Shown here: piece by piece, positions 37,060 through 49,835 of the stretch | How the letters are laid out: each line of letters opens with the position of its first letter | How positions within the stretch are numbered: the first letter of the stretch is position 1 | From: Octopus sinensis | Taxonomy: Eukaryota | Direction of reading: 5' to 3' | NCBI RefSeq assembly: GCF_006345805.1 | Contig: NW_021834378.1 | Span: forward strand, 1 to 58,488 | Length of the DNA stretch: 58,488 nucleotides | Notes under the pieces: model-generated | The model's database searches: none | Seen by the model: only the letters and a program-made list of their open reading frames with translations | What the model was told of the DNA's origin: nothing | Made by a program: the position numbers and the translations under genes

Positions 37060-40000
37060 GGATCTTTTCTGTTTGAACGGCGGTTTTTTAAAATAATTTC
37101 CACGTAACTAAACACTTTTAAACTTCGTATACTGGTAGAATGTGTTTATAAGATATCATTTTCTCTTGGTTTTATTGAGAAAATTCTAGAATCTTTTCTG
37201 TTTGAACGGCAGTTTTTTAAAATAATTTCCACGTAACTAAACACTTTTAAACTTCGTATACTGGTAGAATGTATTTATAAAACATCACTTTCTCTTGGTT
37301 TTATTGAGAAAATTCTAGGATCTTTTCTGTTTGAACGGCAGATTTTTAAAATAATTTCCACGTAACTAGACACTTTTAAACTTCGTATACTGGTAGAATG
37401 TGTTTATAAAACATCATTTTCTCTTGGTTTTATTGAGAAGATTCTAGGAACTTTTCTCTTAGTTTTATTGAGAAAATTCTAGGACATTATCTGTTTGAAC
37501 GGCAGTTTTTTAAAATAATGTCCACGTAACTAAACACTTTTAAACTTCGTATACTGGTAGAATGTGTTTATAAAACATCATTTTCTCTTGGTTTTATTGA
37601 GAAAATTCTAGAATCTTTTCTGTTTGAACGGCAGTTTTTTAAAATAATTTCCACGTAACTAAACCCTTTTAAACTTCGTATACTGGTAGAATGTGTTTAT
37701 AAAACATCATTTTCTCTTGGTTTTATTGAGAAGATTCTAGGAACTTTTCTGTTTGAAAGGCAGTTTTAAAAATAATTTCCACGTAACTAGACACTTTTAA
37801 ACTTCGTATACTGGTAGAAGTTGTTTATAAACATCATTTTCTCTTGGTCTTATTGAGAAAATTCTAGGATCTTTTCTGTTTGAAAAGCAGTTTTTAAAAA
37901 TAATTTCTACGTAACTAGACACTTTTAAACTTCGTATACTGGTAGAATGTGTTTATAAAACATCATTTTCTCTTGGTTTTATTGAGAAAATTCTAGGATC
38001 TTTTCTGTTTGAACGGCAGTTTTTTAAAATAATTTCCACGTAACTAAACACTTTTAAACTTCGTATACTGGTAGAATGTGTTTATAAAACATCATTTTCT
38101 CTTGGTTTTATTGAGAAGATTCTAGGAACTTTTCTGTTTGAAAGGCAGTTTTTAAAAATAATTTCCACGTAACTAGACACTTTTAAACTTCGTATACTGG
38201 TAGAATGTGTTTATAAAACATCATTTTCTCTTGGTCTTATTGAGAAAATTCTAGGATCTTTTCTGTTTGAAAAGCAGTTTTTAAAAATAATTTCCACGTA
38301 ACTAGACACTTTTAAACTTCGTATACTGGTAGAATGTGTTTATAAAACATCATTTTCTCTTGGTTTTATTGAGAAAATTCTAGGATCTTTTCTGTTTGAA
38401 CGGCAGTTTTTAAAAATAATTTCCACGTAACTAAACACTTTTAAACTTCGTATACTGGTAGAATGTGTTTATAAAACATCATTGTCTCTTGGTTTTATTG
38501 AGAAAATTCTAGGATCTTTTCTGTTTGAACGGCAGTTTTTTAAAATAATTTCCACGTAACTAAACACTTTTAAACTTCGTATACTGGTAGAATGTGTTTA
38601 TAAAACATTTTCTCTTAGTTTTATTGAGAAAATTCTAGGACATTATCTGTTTGAACGGCAGTTTTTTAAAGTAATTTCCACGTGACTAAACACTTTTAAA
38701 CTTCGTATACTGGTAGAATGTGTTTATAAAACATCATTTTCTATTGGTTTTATTGAGAAAATTCTAGAATCTATTCTGTTTCAACGGCAGTTTTTTAAAA
38801 TAATTTCCACGTAACTAAACACTTTTAAACTTCGTATACTGGTAGAATGTGTTTAAAAAACATCATTTTCTATTGGTTTTATTGAGAAGATCCTAGGAAC
38901 TTTTCTGTTTGAAAGGCAGTTTTTAAAAATAATTTCCACGTAACTAGACACTTTAAGCTTCGTATACTGGTAGAATGTGTTTATAAAATATCATTTTCTC
39001 TTGGTTTTATTGGGAACATTCTAGGATCTTTTCTGTTTGAACGGCAGTTTTTTAAAATAATTTCCACGTAACTAAACACTTTTAAACTTCGTATACTGGT
39101 AGAATGTGTTTATAAAACATCATTTTCTCTTGGTTTTATTGAGAAAATTCTAGGATCTTTTCTGTTTGAACGGCAGTTTTTTAAAATAATTTCCACGTAA
39201 CTAAACAATTTTAAACTTCGCATACTGGTAGAATGTGTTTATAAAACATCATTTTCTCTTGGTTTTATTGAGAAGATTCTAGGATCTTTTCTGTTTGAAA
39301 GGCAGTTTTTAAAAATAATTTCCACGTAACTAGACACTTTTAAACTTCGTATACTGGTAGAATGTGTTTATAAAACATCATTTTCTCTTGGTTTTATTGG
39401 GGAAATTCTAGGATCTTTTCTGTTTGAACGGCAGTTTTTTAAAATAATTTCCACGTAACTAAACACTTTTAAACTTCGTATACTGGTAAAATGTGTTTAT
39501 AAAACATCATTTTCTCTTGGTTTTATTGAGAAAATTCTAGGAATTTTTCTGTTTGAACGGCAGTTTTTTAAAATAATTTCCACGTAACTAGACACTTTTA
39601 AACTTCGTGTACTGGTAGAATGTGTTTATAAAACATCATTTTCTCTTGGTTTTATTGAGAAAATTCTAGGATCTTTTCTGTTTGAACGGCAGTTTTTTAA
39701 AATAATTTCCACGTAACTAAACACTTTTAAACTTCGTATACTGGTAGAATGTGTTTATAAAACATCATTTTCTCTTGGTTTTATTGAGAAAATTCTAGGA
39801 TCTTTTCTGTTTGAACGGCAGTTTTTTAAAATAATTTCCACGTAACTAAACACTTTTAAACTTCGTATACTGGTAGAATGTGTTATAAAAACATCATTTT
39901 CTCTTGGTTTTATTGAGAAATTCTAGGATCTTTTCTGTTTGAACGGCAGTTTTTAAAATAATTTCCACGTAACTAAACACTTTTAAACTTCGTGTACTGG

Positions 40001-40165
40001 TAGAATGTGTTTATAAAACCTCTTTTAATCTTGGCTTTATTGAAAAAATTCTAGGATCTTTTCTGTTTGAACGGCAGCTTTTTAAAATAATTTCCACGTA
40101 ACTAAACCTTTTTAAACTTCGTATACTGGTAGAATGTGTTTATAAAACATCATTGGTTTTATTGA
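37060..40165 (-). repeat. 129-bp tandem array, about 24 units
   Basis: Reverse complement of the 16562-17886 unit. Confidence 0.9.
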
Positions 40166-41014
40166 GAAAGTTCTATATTTTGTAAGATATTTCGTCTGAA
40201 AATCCGAGCATTTCGGCAATTTTAACCAATCGATTACCTCCATTCAACTAAAATCATTTGCTGCGTCGAAAACTGAGACATCATCCTGTAACTAACCCTA
40301 AACCTCCCCCCTAACCCCAACCATTAACGTAACATTTTTTTTCTTAATTGTTAAATTAATGTAATTCCATTGCTTTAGTTTTTTTACACGCGTAACAATT
40401 AAATTAATTTAACAATTAAGAAAAATAAACTTAGGGTTTGGGTTAGGGTCATGGGGGAGGTTTAGGGTTAGTTACAGAATGTTGTCTCTGTTTTAGACGC
40501 AGCAAATTATTTTAGCTCAAAAGAGAGCATAGGATTGGTTAAAATTCGAAAAATTAAACTACGTTAAACAAACAAATTACAGTTTTCTCAAGAAAGCCAA
40601 GAGAAAAAAAATGTTTTATTTTCACACATTCTACCAGTATACGAAGTTTTAAAGAGTTTAGTTAACTAGAAATTGTTTTGAAATCTGGCCTTCAAACGGA
40701 AAAGATTCAAAAATGTTTTATTTTGACACATTCTACCAGTATACGAAGTTTTAAAGAGTTTAGTTAACTAGAAATTGTGTTGAAATCTGGCCTTCAAACG
40801 GAAAAGATTCAAAAATGTTTTATTTTGACACATTCTACCAGTATACGAAATTTTAAAGAGTTTAGTTAACTAGAAATTGTGTTGAAATCTGGCCTTCAAA
40901 TGGAAAAGATCCAAAAATGTTTTATTTTGACACATTCTACCAGTATACGAAGTTTTAAAGAGTTTCGTTAACTAGAAATTGTGTTGAAATCTGGCCTTCA
41001 AATGGAAAAGATCC
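37060..41014 (-). mobile_element. Right component element E2 (inverted copy of E1, about 24x129-bp units)
   Basis: Reverse complement of E1 with a longer 129-bp array. Joined to the same flank (GATGATTT|GGATC) as E1 (GATCC|AAATCATC). Confidence 0.75.
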
Positions 41015-41022
41015 TAAGTACC
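41015..41022 (+). repeat. Right target-site duplication TAAGTACC
   Basis: Directly follows the GATCC terminus; the SINE body resumes (AGTTACGCACTGGGGTCG). Confidence 0.9.
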
Positions 41023-42009
41023 AGTTACGCACTGGGGTCGATGTAATCGAGTTAATACCTATATCTGTCCTTGTTTGTCCCCTCTATGTTTAGCCCCTTG
41101 TGGGTAATAAAGAAATAGGTATTTCGTCTGCGTTACGTTGTGAGTTCAAATTCCGCCCAGGTCGACTTTGCCTTTCATATTTTCGGGGTCGATAAATTAA
41201 GTACCAGTTCCGCACTGGGGTCGATGTAATCGACTTAATACCTATGTCTGTCCTTGTTTGTCCCCTCTATGTTTAGCCCCTAGTGGGTAATAAAAAATAG
41301 GTATTTCGTCTGCGTTACGTTGTGCGTTCAAATTCCGCCAAGGTCGACTTTGCCTTTCATCCTTTCGGGGTCAATTAAATAAGTACCAGTTACGCACTGG
41401 GGTCGATGTAATCGACTTAATACCTATGTCTGTCCTTGTTTGTCCCCTCTGTGTTTAGCCCCTTGTGGGTAATAAAGAAATAGGTATGCATGGGCGACTG
41501 CTGGTCTTCCATAAAACAACCTTGCCCAGACTTGTGCCTTAGATGGTAACTCTCTAGGTGCAAACCCATGGTCAGTGTCTAACCGTAGGGGGTCACCACC
41601 AGTGAGCTATATTACGTAAAATATAACTTTAAAGCGAGCCTGTGGCATTAATTCTTTGCCTGTCTAAAGCATTTTTATAAGTTTACCCTAAGTGTTCATG
41701 CAGAGGGTTAATGCATTAAAACTTATGCATTATATTTGATGCAGTCACATTACGGAAAGCCAAATTAACAGTGCTCTTCGTCCGGCGATATCTCTTGTAG
41801 ACCTACTATGTTAAATAACCAGTTACATATTTATAAGATGAGTTACAGTGGCGAGCTGGTGGAGCTATCGATAAAATATAGTACCAGTCATATACTAGGG
41901 TCGATGTCATCTACGAAGCCCCTTCCTCGAAAAATCATTTCCGTCTTTAACTTGGCCATAAACGTGAAATTATTTTATAAGATAAATTCCAGTTGAAGAA
42001 TGAACCACA

Positions 42010-42191
42010 CGTGTATGTATATATATATATATATATTATATATATATATAATATATATATATATATTATATATATATATATATACATATATATATACATA
42101 CATACACACACCCATATATATATATATATATTATATACATACATATATATATATACATATATATATACACACATACACACACACACACACC

Positions 42192-42257
<66 letters not shown>

Positions 42258-42517
42258 GTATGTATATAAATATATTATATATATATATATGTATGTATGT
42301 ATGTATATATATATGTTATGTATGTATATATATATGTATGTATATATATATAATATATATATATATTATAATATACATATTCATTATATATATATATATT
42401 TATATATATACATACATACATATATATATATACATACATACATATATATATATAATATACATACATACATATATATATACATATATATATACATACATAC
42501 TATATAATATTACATAC

Positions 42518-42550
<33 letters not shown>

Positions 42551-42825
42551 CATATATAGATACATACTACATACATACATATATATATACATACATACAT
42601 ACATATATATATATATACACACACATATATATATACATTATATATATATATCACACACACACACACCATATATATATATATTGTGTGTGTGTATATATAT
42701 ATATATACATATGCATTTATAATATATATATATATACATACCTATATATATACATACATACATACATATATATATACATACATACACACATACATATATT
42801 ATATATATATATACATACATATATA

Positions 42826-42859
<34 letters not shown>

Positions 42860-42887
42860 CACACACACACACACACCACACACACAC

Positions 42888-42945
<58 letters not shown>
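42010..42945. repeat. (TA)/(TACA)/(CA) microsatellite (others at 205-540, 4725-4830, 7790-7870, 8045-8290, 9000-9100, 20360-20950, 30972-31033, 33520-34340, 55170-55530)
   Basis: Direct reading. Confidence 0.95.
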
Positions 42946-42946
<1 letters not shown>

Positions 42947-43740
42947 CTGATCAGCACCGCGGAAAAGGAGACAGTGTCGATAAAATATGTACCAGTTAAA
43001 CACTGGGGTCGATGTAATCAACAAACTGCTTTCACTTAAAATAATAATCTTGTGACATTTGAAACCAAAGGCGGCAATGTGACAGAATCGTTAGCAAGCC
43101 GGACAAACTGCTTAGTGGCATTTCTTCCGACTGTTTATGAACTCCTCTCAAATGGCGCCGAGGTCGACTTCGCATTTCACCCTTTAGATATCGATAAAAT
43201 AAATTAAATAATTAAAGACATTGGTATCGACCACCCTCTTCCCCTAAAATTTCTGGCCTTGTGCCAACATTTCAAACCATGATCCCACCTTCACAAAGAG
43301 GAAAAGAGAAAATTGGCCCAGCTGGAGTGTTTTTGTATATATATAATAATCCTTTTAGTTAAGCAGTATTTTGCATTTTCACAGAATCATGTGTGGTGTT
43401 CATGTTTTAGGTGCAACTGCATTGATTCCGTACATAATAATGACTTTATTATGAATTGTGCCTACATGCATTTAACACCCTCTTTGTAATTTGTTTCGCT
43501 GGGAGTGTAGACATGTTTTAATCTTGGTGTGAAGAAAAGGCATTTTGGAAATTCTGAAACACGACCTCAGAGAAGCTTTTCTTTTTTGTATTAAATGGAA
43601 TAAAAACGAACAAATATAAAGAAAAAGAAAGGAAAAGAAAAGCGTGGAAGATGGGGAAACTATTTATTGTATTTGTTATTGTTATTTGGGGGAAGAAACT
43701 CTTAAAAAAGATTTTTAACGAAACTTCAAGAAATACATTG

Positions 43741-46700
43741 AAAGGAATTTTATTTCTTTATTGCCAAAGTACAGTGGCTTGCAAAAGTCTACAACCCCCT
43801 TTGAAAATTTATATATTTTGTATAATTTAACAGGGAACAACTCCTTTTTTTCAATTCCTCTGATTGTTAAATAATAATCAGATCCATCAAACATTTAAAA
43901 GAATTTTATTTATTTATTGCCAAAGTACAGTGGCTTGCAAAAGTCTACAACCCCTTTTGAAAATTTATATATTTTGTATAATTTAACAGGGAACAACTCC
44001 TTTATTTTAATTCCACTGATTGATAAATAATAATCAGATACATCAAACATTTAAAAGAATTTTATTTATTTATTGCCAACGTACAGTGGCTTGCAAAAGT
44101 CTACAACCCCTTTTGAAAATTTATATATTTTGTATAATTTAACGGGGAAAAACTCCTTTTTTTCAATTCCACTGATTGTTAAATAATAATCAGATACATC
44201 AAACATTTAAAAGAATTTTATTTATTTATTGCCAACGTACAGTGGCTTGCAAAAGTCTACAACCCCTTTTGAAAATTTATATATTTTGTATAATTTAACA
44301 GGGAACAACTCCTTTTTTTTAATTCCACTGATTGATAAATAATAATCAGATACATCAAACATTTAAAAGAATTTTATTTATTTATTGCCAACGTACAGTG
44401 GCTTGCAAAAGTCTACAACCCCTTTTGAAAATTTATATATTTTGTATAATTTAACGGGGAAAAACTCCTTTTTTTCAATTCCACTGATTGTTAAATAATA
44501 ATCAGATACATCAAACATTTAAAAGAATTTTATTTATTTCTTGCCAACGTACAGTGGCTTGAAAAAGTCTACAACCCCTTTTCAAAATTTATATATTTTG
44601 TATAATTTAACAGGGAACGACTCCTTTTTTTCAATTCCACTGATCGTTAAATAATAATGAGATCCATCAAACATTTAAAAGAATTTTAAATATTTATTGC
44701 CAACGCACAGTGGCTTGCAAAAGTCTACAACCCCTTTTCAAAATGTATATATTTTGTATAATTTCACAGGGAACAACTCCTTTTTTTCAATTCCACTGAT
44801 TGTTAAATAATAATCAGATCCATCAAACATTTAAAAGAATTTTATTTATCTATTGCCAACGTACAGTGGCTTGCAAAATTCTACAACCCCTTTTGAAAAT
44901 TTATATATTTTGTATAATTTAACAGGGAACAACTCCTTTTTTTCAATTCCACTGATTGTTAAATAATAATCAGATCCATCAAACATTTAAAAGAATTTTA
45001 TTTATTTATTGCTAACGTACAGTGCCTTGCAAAAGTCTACAACCCCTTTTGAAAATTTATATATTTTGTATAATTTAACAGGGAACAACTCCTTTTTTTC
45101 AATTCCACTGATTGTTAAATAATAATAGATCCATCAAACATTGAAAAGAATTTTATTTATTTATTGCCAACGTACAGTGGCTTGAAGAAGTCTACAACCC
45201 GTTTTGAAAATTTATATATTTTGTATAATTTAACAGGGAACAACACCTCTTTTTCAATTCCACTAATTGTTAAATAATAATCAGATCCATCAAACATTTA
45301 AATGAATTTTATTTATTTATTGCCAACGTACAGTGGCTTGAAAAAGTGTACAACCCGTTTTGGAAATTTATATATTTTGGATAATTTAACAGGGAACAAC
45401 ACCTCTTTTTCAATTCCACTGATTGTTAAATAATAATCAGATCCATCAAACATTTAAAAGAATTTTATTTATCTATTGCCAACGTACAGTGGCTTGCAAG
45501 AGTCTACAACCCCTTTTGAAAATTTATATAATTTGTATAATTTAACAGGGAACAACTCCTTTTTTTCAATTCCACTGATTGTTAAATAATAATGAGATCC
45601 ATCAAACATTTAAAAGAATTTTATTTATTTATTGCTAACGTACAGTGCCTTGCAAAAGTCTACAACCCCTTTTGAAAATTTATATATTTTGTATAATTTA
45701 ACAGGGAACAACTCCTTTTTTTCAATTCCACTGATTGTTAAATAATAATAGATCCATCAAACATTGAAAAGAATTTTATTTATTTATTGCCAACGTACAG
45801 TGGCTTGCAAAAGTCTGCAACCCCTTTTGAAAATTTATATATTTTGTATAATTTAACCGGGAACAACTCCTTTTTTTCAATTCCACTGATTGTTAAATAA
45901 TAATCAGATCCATCAAACATTTAAAAGAATTTTATTTATTTCTTGCTAACGTACAGTGGCTTGCAAATGTCTACAACCCCTTTTCAAAATTTATATATTT
46001 TGTATAATTTAACAGGGAACAACTCCTTTTTTTCAATTCCAATGATTGTTAAATAATAATCAGATCCATCAAACATTTAAAAGAATTTTATTTATTTATT
46101 GCTAACGTACAGTGCCTTGCAAAAGTCTACAACCCCTTTTGAAAATTTATATATTTTGTATAATTTAACAGGGAGCAACTCCTTTTTTTCAATTCCACTG
46201 ATTGATAAATAATAATCAGATACATCAAACATTTAAAAGAATTTTATTTTTTTCTTGCCAACGTACAGTGGCTTGCAAAAGTCTACAACCCCTTTTGAAA
46301 ATGTATATATTTTGTATAATTTAACAGGGAACAACTCCTTTTTTCCAATTCCACTGATTGTTAAATAATAATCAGATCCATCAAACATTTAAAAGAATTT
46401 TATTTATTTATTGCCAACGTACAGTGGCTTCAAAAAGTCTACAACCCGTTTTGAAAATTTATATATTTTGTATTATTTAACAGGGAACAAGACCTCTTTT
46501 TCAATTCCACTAATTGTTAAATAATAATCAGATCCATCAAACATTGAAAAGAATTTTATTTATTTATTGCCAACGTACAGTGGCTTGCAAAAGTCTACAA
46601 CCCCTTTTGAAAATGTATATATTTTGTATAATTTAACAGGGAACAACTCCTTTTTTTCAATTCCACTGATTGTTAAATAATAATCAGATCCATCAAACAT

Positions 46701-48590
46701 TTAAAAGAATTTTATTTATTTATTGCCAACGTACAGTGGCTTGCAAAAGTCTACAACCCCTTTTGAAAATTTATATATTTTGTATAATTTAACAGGGAAC
46801 AACTCCTTTTTTTCAATTCCACTGATTGTTAAATAATAATCAGATCCATCAAACATTTAAAAGAATTTTATTTATTTATTGCCAACGCACAGTGGCTTGC
46901 AAAAGTCTACAACCCCTTTTGAAAATGTATATATTTTGTATAATTTAACAGGGAACAACTCCTTTTTTCCAATTCCACTGATTGTTAAATAATAATCAGA
47001 TCCATCACACATTTAAAAGAATTTTTTATTTATGCCAACGTACAGTGGCTTGCAAAAGTCTACAACCCCTTTTGAAATTTTATATATTTTGTATAATTTA
47101 ACAGGGAACAACTCCTTTTTTTCAATTCCAATGATTGTTAAATAATAATCAGATCCATCAAACATTTAAAAGAATTTTATTTATTTATTGCCAACGTACA
47201 GTGGCTTGAAAAAGTCTACAACCCGTTTTGAAAATTTATATATTTTGTATAATTTAACAGGGAACAACACCTCTTTTTCAATTCCACTGATTGTTAAATA
47301 ATAATCAGATCCATCAAACATTGAAAAGAATTTTATTTATTTATTGCCAACGTACAGTGGCTTGCAAAAGTCTACAACCCCTTTTGAAAATGTATATATT
47401 TTGTATAATTTCACAGGGAACAACTCCTTTTTTTCAATTCCACTGATTGTTAAATAATAATCAGATCCACCAAACATTTAAAAGAATTTTATTTATTTAT
47501 TGCCAACGTACAGTGGCTTGCAAAAGTCTACAACCCCTTTTGAAAATTTATATATTTTGTATAATTTAACAGGGAACAACTCCTTTTTTTCAATTCCACT
47601 GATTGTTAAATAATATCAGATCCATCAACATTTAAAAGAATTTTATTTATTTATTGCCAACGTACAGTGGCTTGCAAAAGTCTACAACCCCTTTTGAAAA
47701 TTTATATATTTTGTATAATTTAACAGGGAACAACTCCTTTTTTTCAATTCCACTGATTGTTAAATAATAATCAGATCCATAAAACATTTAAAAGAATTTT
47801 ATTTATTTATTGCCAACGTACAGTGGCTTGCAAAAGTCTACAACCCCTTTTGAAAATTTATATATTTTGTATAATTTAACAGGGAACAACTCCTTTTTTC
47901 CAATTCCACTGATTGTTAAATAATAATCAGATCCATCAAACATTTAAAAGAATTTTATTTATTTATTGCCAACGTACAGTGGCTTGCAAAAGTCTACAAC
48001 CCGTTTTGAAAATTTATATATTTTGTATAATTTAACAGGGAACAAGACCTCTTTTTCAATTCCACTAATTGTTAAATAATAATCAGATCCATCAAACATT
48101 GAAAAGAATTTTATTTATTTATTGCCAACGTACAGTGGCTTGCAAAAGTCTACAACCCCTTCTGAAAATTTATATATTTTGTATAATTTAACAGGGAACA
48201 ACACCTTTCTTCAAGTCCACTGATTGTTAAATAATAATCAGATCCATCAAACATTTAAAAGAATTTTATTTATTTATTGCCAACGTACAGTGGCTTGCAA
48301 AAGTCTACAACCCCTTCTGAAAATTTATATATTTTGTATAATTTAACAGGGAACAACAACTTTTCTTCAAGTCCACTGATTGTTAAATAATAATCAGATC
48401 CATCAAACATTTAAAAGAATTTTATTTATTTATTGCCAACGCACAGTGGTTTGCAAAAGTCTACAACCCCTTTTGAAAATGTATATATTTTGTATAATTT
48501 AACAGGGAACAACTCCTTTTTTTCAATTCCACTGATTGTTAAATAATAATCAGATTCATCAAACATTAAAAAAAATTTTATTTATTTATT
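43741..48590 (+). repeat. 156-bp satellite, about 31 units, unit starts with a Tc1-like terminus
   Basis: CAA(A/C)GTACAG recurs at 43921, 44077 and 44233 (period 156). The unit contains TA-CAGTGGCTTGCAAAAGTCTACAACCCC, resembling the TA|CAGTG(G/C)CTTGCAAAAGT start of Tc1-like TIRs. Confidence 0.9.
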
Positions 48591-48596
48591 ACTCAC

Positions 48597-48653
48597 AAGG
48601 TGGCTTCCAAGGAATTATTGCTGTTTCGATGACGTCAGGTAGGCAAGGAGACC
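48597..48653 (-). CDS. BLOC1S1: Possible BLOC1S1 exon 3 start or aberrant 57-nt exon
   Basis: Follows a clean 63-nt GT..AG intron (48654-48716) with a strong pyrimidine tract. G GTC TCC TT GCC TAC CTG reads G-V-S-(L)-A-Y-L versus conserved GVAQAY(M/L) only if 1 nt is restored; homology then stops. A GTGAGT donor lies at 48591-48596. Confidence 0.4.
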
Positions 48654-48716
48654 CTAAAACAATTTAAAGAGATTTAAAACAAACAAATAAAGAAATGAAA
48701 ATAAAATGGTATTCAC

Positions 48717-48786
48717 CCCGAATTCAGATGGTCAACCAGAGCATGGGTGAGGGCAGTTGCTGATGCCATACTTCTGCTTTCCTTTT
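48717..48786 (-). CDS. BLOC1S1: BLOC1S1 coding exon 2, (E)KESRSMASATALTHALVDHLNS(G)
   Basis: Acceptor TTTGTTTATCACAG|, donor GG|GTGAAT, phase 1 to phase 2. ATALTHALVDHLNSG matches human ATCLTEALVDHLNVG. Intron 1 is 48787-55713 (6927 nt). Confidence 0.85.
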
Positions 48787-49080
48787 CTGTGATAAACAAA
48801 AAAAAGAAAAAAAAGAAATAGAAATTAATCTCTCAAAATTTAAGATATTGTTTTACTTTTTCTTTTATTGTTATTATTATTACAATATAAAAAATGTAGG
48901 GTTGGACAGGTTGTAAATTCAATCCCGATCTCAAAACTTCTGGTGCGTATGGTTTGTCAGTGCAAGGGAGATCACTGTTTATGTGGCTGTCAAATTTGTA
49001 CACAGTAACAGACCTTGATGTCCAGGTGCTACTGTATATATATATTTCAATATATATATATATATTTCAATATATATATA

Positions 49081-49345
49081 TATTAGAAGAAATGGGGTAC
49101 TCAGAAGATCGGATGGTTTATATTTACAGATATTTATTTGTATATTACATTTTTTATATATATATCATATCACTGAGATCATTAGTTTGATCACAGTTTG
49201 ATTTGAAAACCCCACTAGAATGGGAGAAAGCGCTAATGATCTAAGTGATATGATATATATATATATATTAAAAAAATGTAATATACAAATAAATATCTGT
49301 AAATATAAACCATCCGATCTGCTGAGTACTCATTTTCTTCTAATA
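49081..49345. repeat. Inverted repeat with arms of about 75 bp
   Basis: GTACTCAGAAGATCGGATGGTTTATATTTACAGATATTTATTTG pairs with CAAATAAATATCTGTAAATATAAACCATCCGATCTGCTGAGTAC. Confidence 0.75.
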
Positions 49346-49686
49346 TATAATACCTGTACATCATCTCCAAACCTCCAATATAATATATCTATATATCTGG
49401 CAAGGTTTCTACAGTTGGATGCCCTTCCTAACGTGTGGTTGGCGTTAGGAAGGGCATCCACCTGTAGAAACATTGCCAGATAAGACTGGAGCCTGGTGCA
49501 GCCTTCTGGCTTCCCAGATCCCCGGTCGAACCGTCCAACCCATGCTAGCATGGAGAACGGACGTTAAACGATGATGATGATGATGAAATATATATATATA
49601 TATATAATACACACACACACACACACATACATATATATATATATTATACACCACACACACACACATATATATATATAATCTATATA

Positions 49687-49756
<70 letters not shown>

Positions 49757-49764
49757 TATATATA

Positions 49765-49835
49765 CTAGCAGTGATCGCCCAGCGTTGCTCGGGTTTATTT
49801 CGACCCTTTAGAATTGAAGTTTTGAAAGTAAATAT
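49765..49835 (-). mobile_element. Helitron 3' end fragment
   Basis: A|CTAGCAGTGATCGCCCAGCGTTGCTCGGG. Confidence 0.6.

Noticed and set aside
37060-48590. CRISPR-like appearance of the 129-bp and 156-bp arrays
   Set aside because: Units are contiguous near-identical repeats with no unique spacers, the context is eukaryotic, and no cas genes are present.
48597-48653. Fibronectin-III-like reading SPCLPDVIETAIIPWKPP
   Set aside because: It needs phase 1, whereas the upstream BLOC1S1 exon ends in phase 2; the WKPP resemblance is too short to support.
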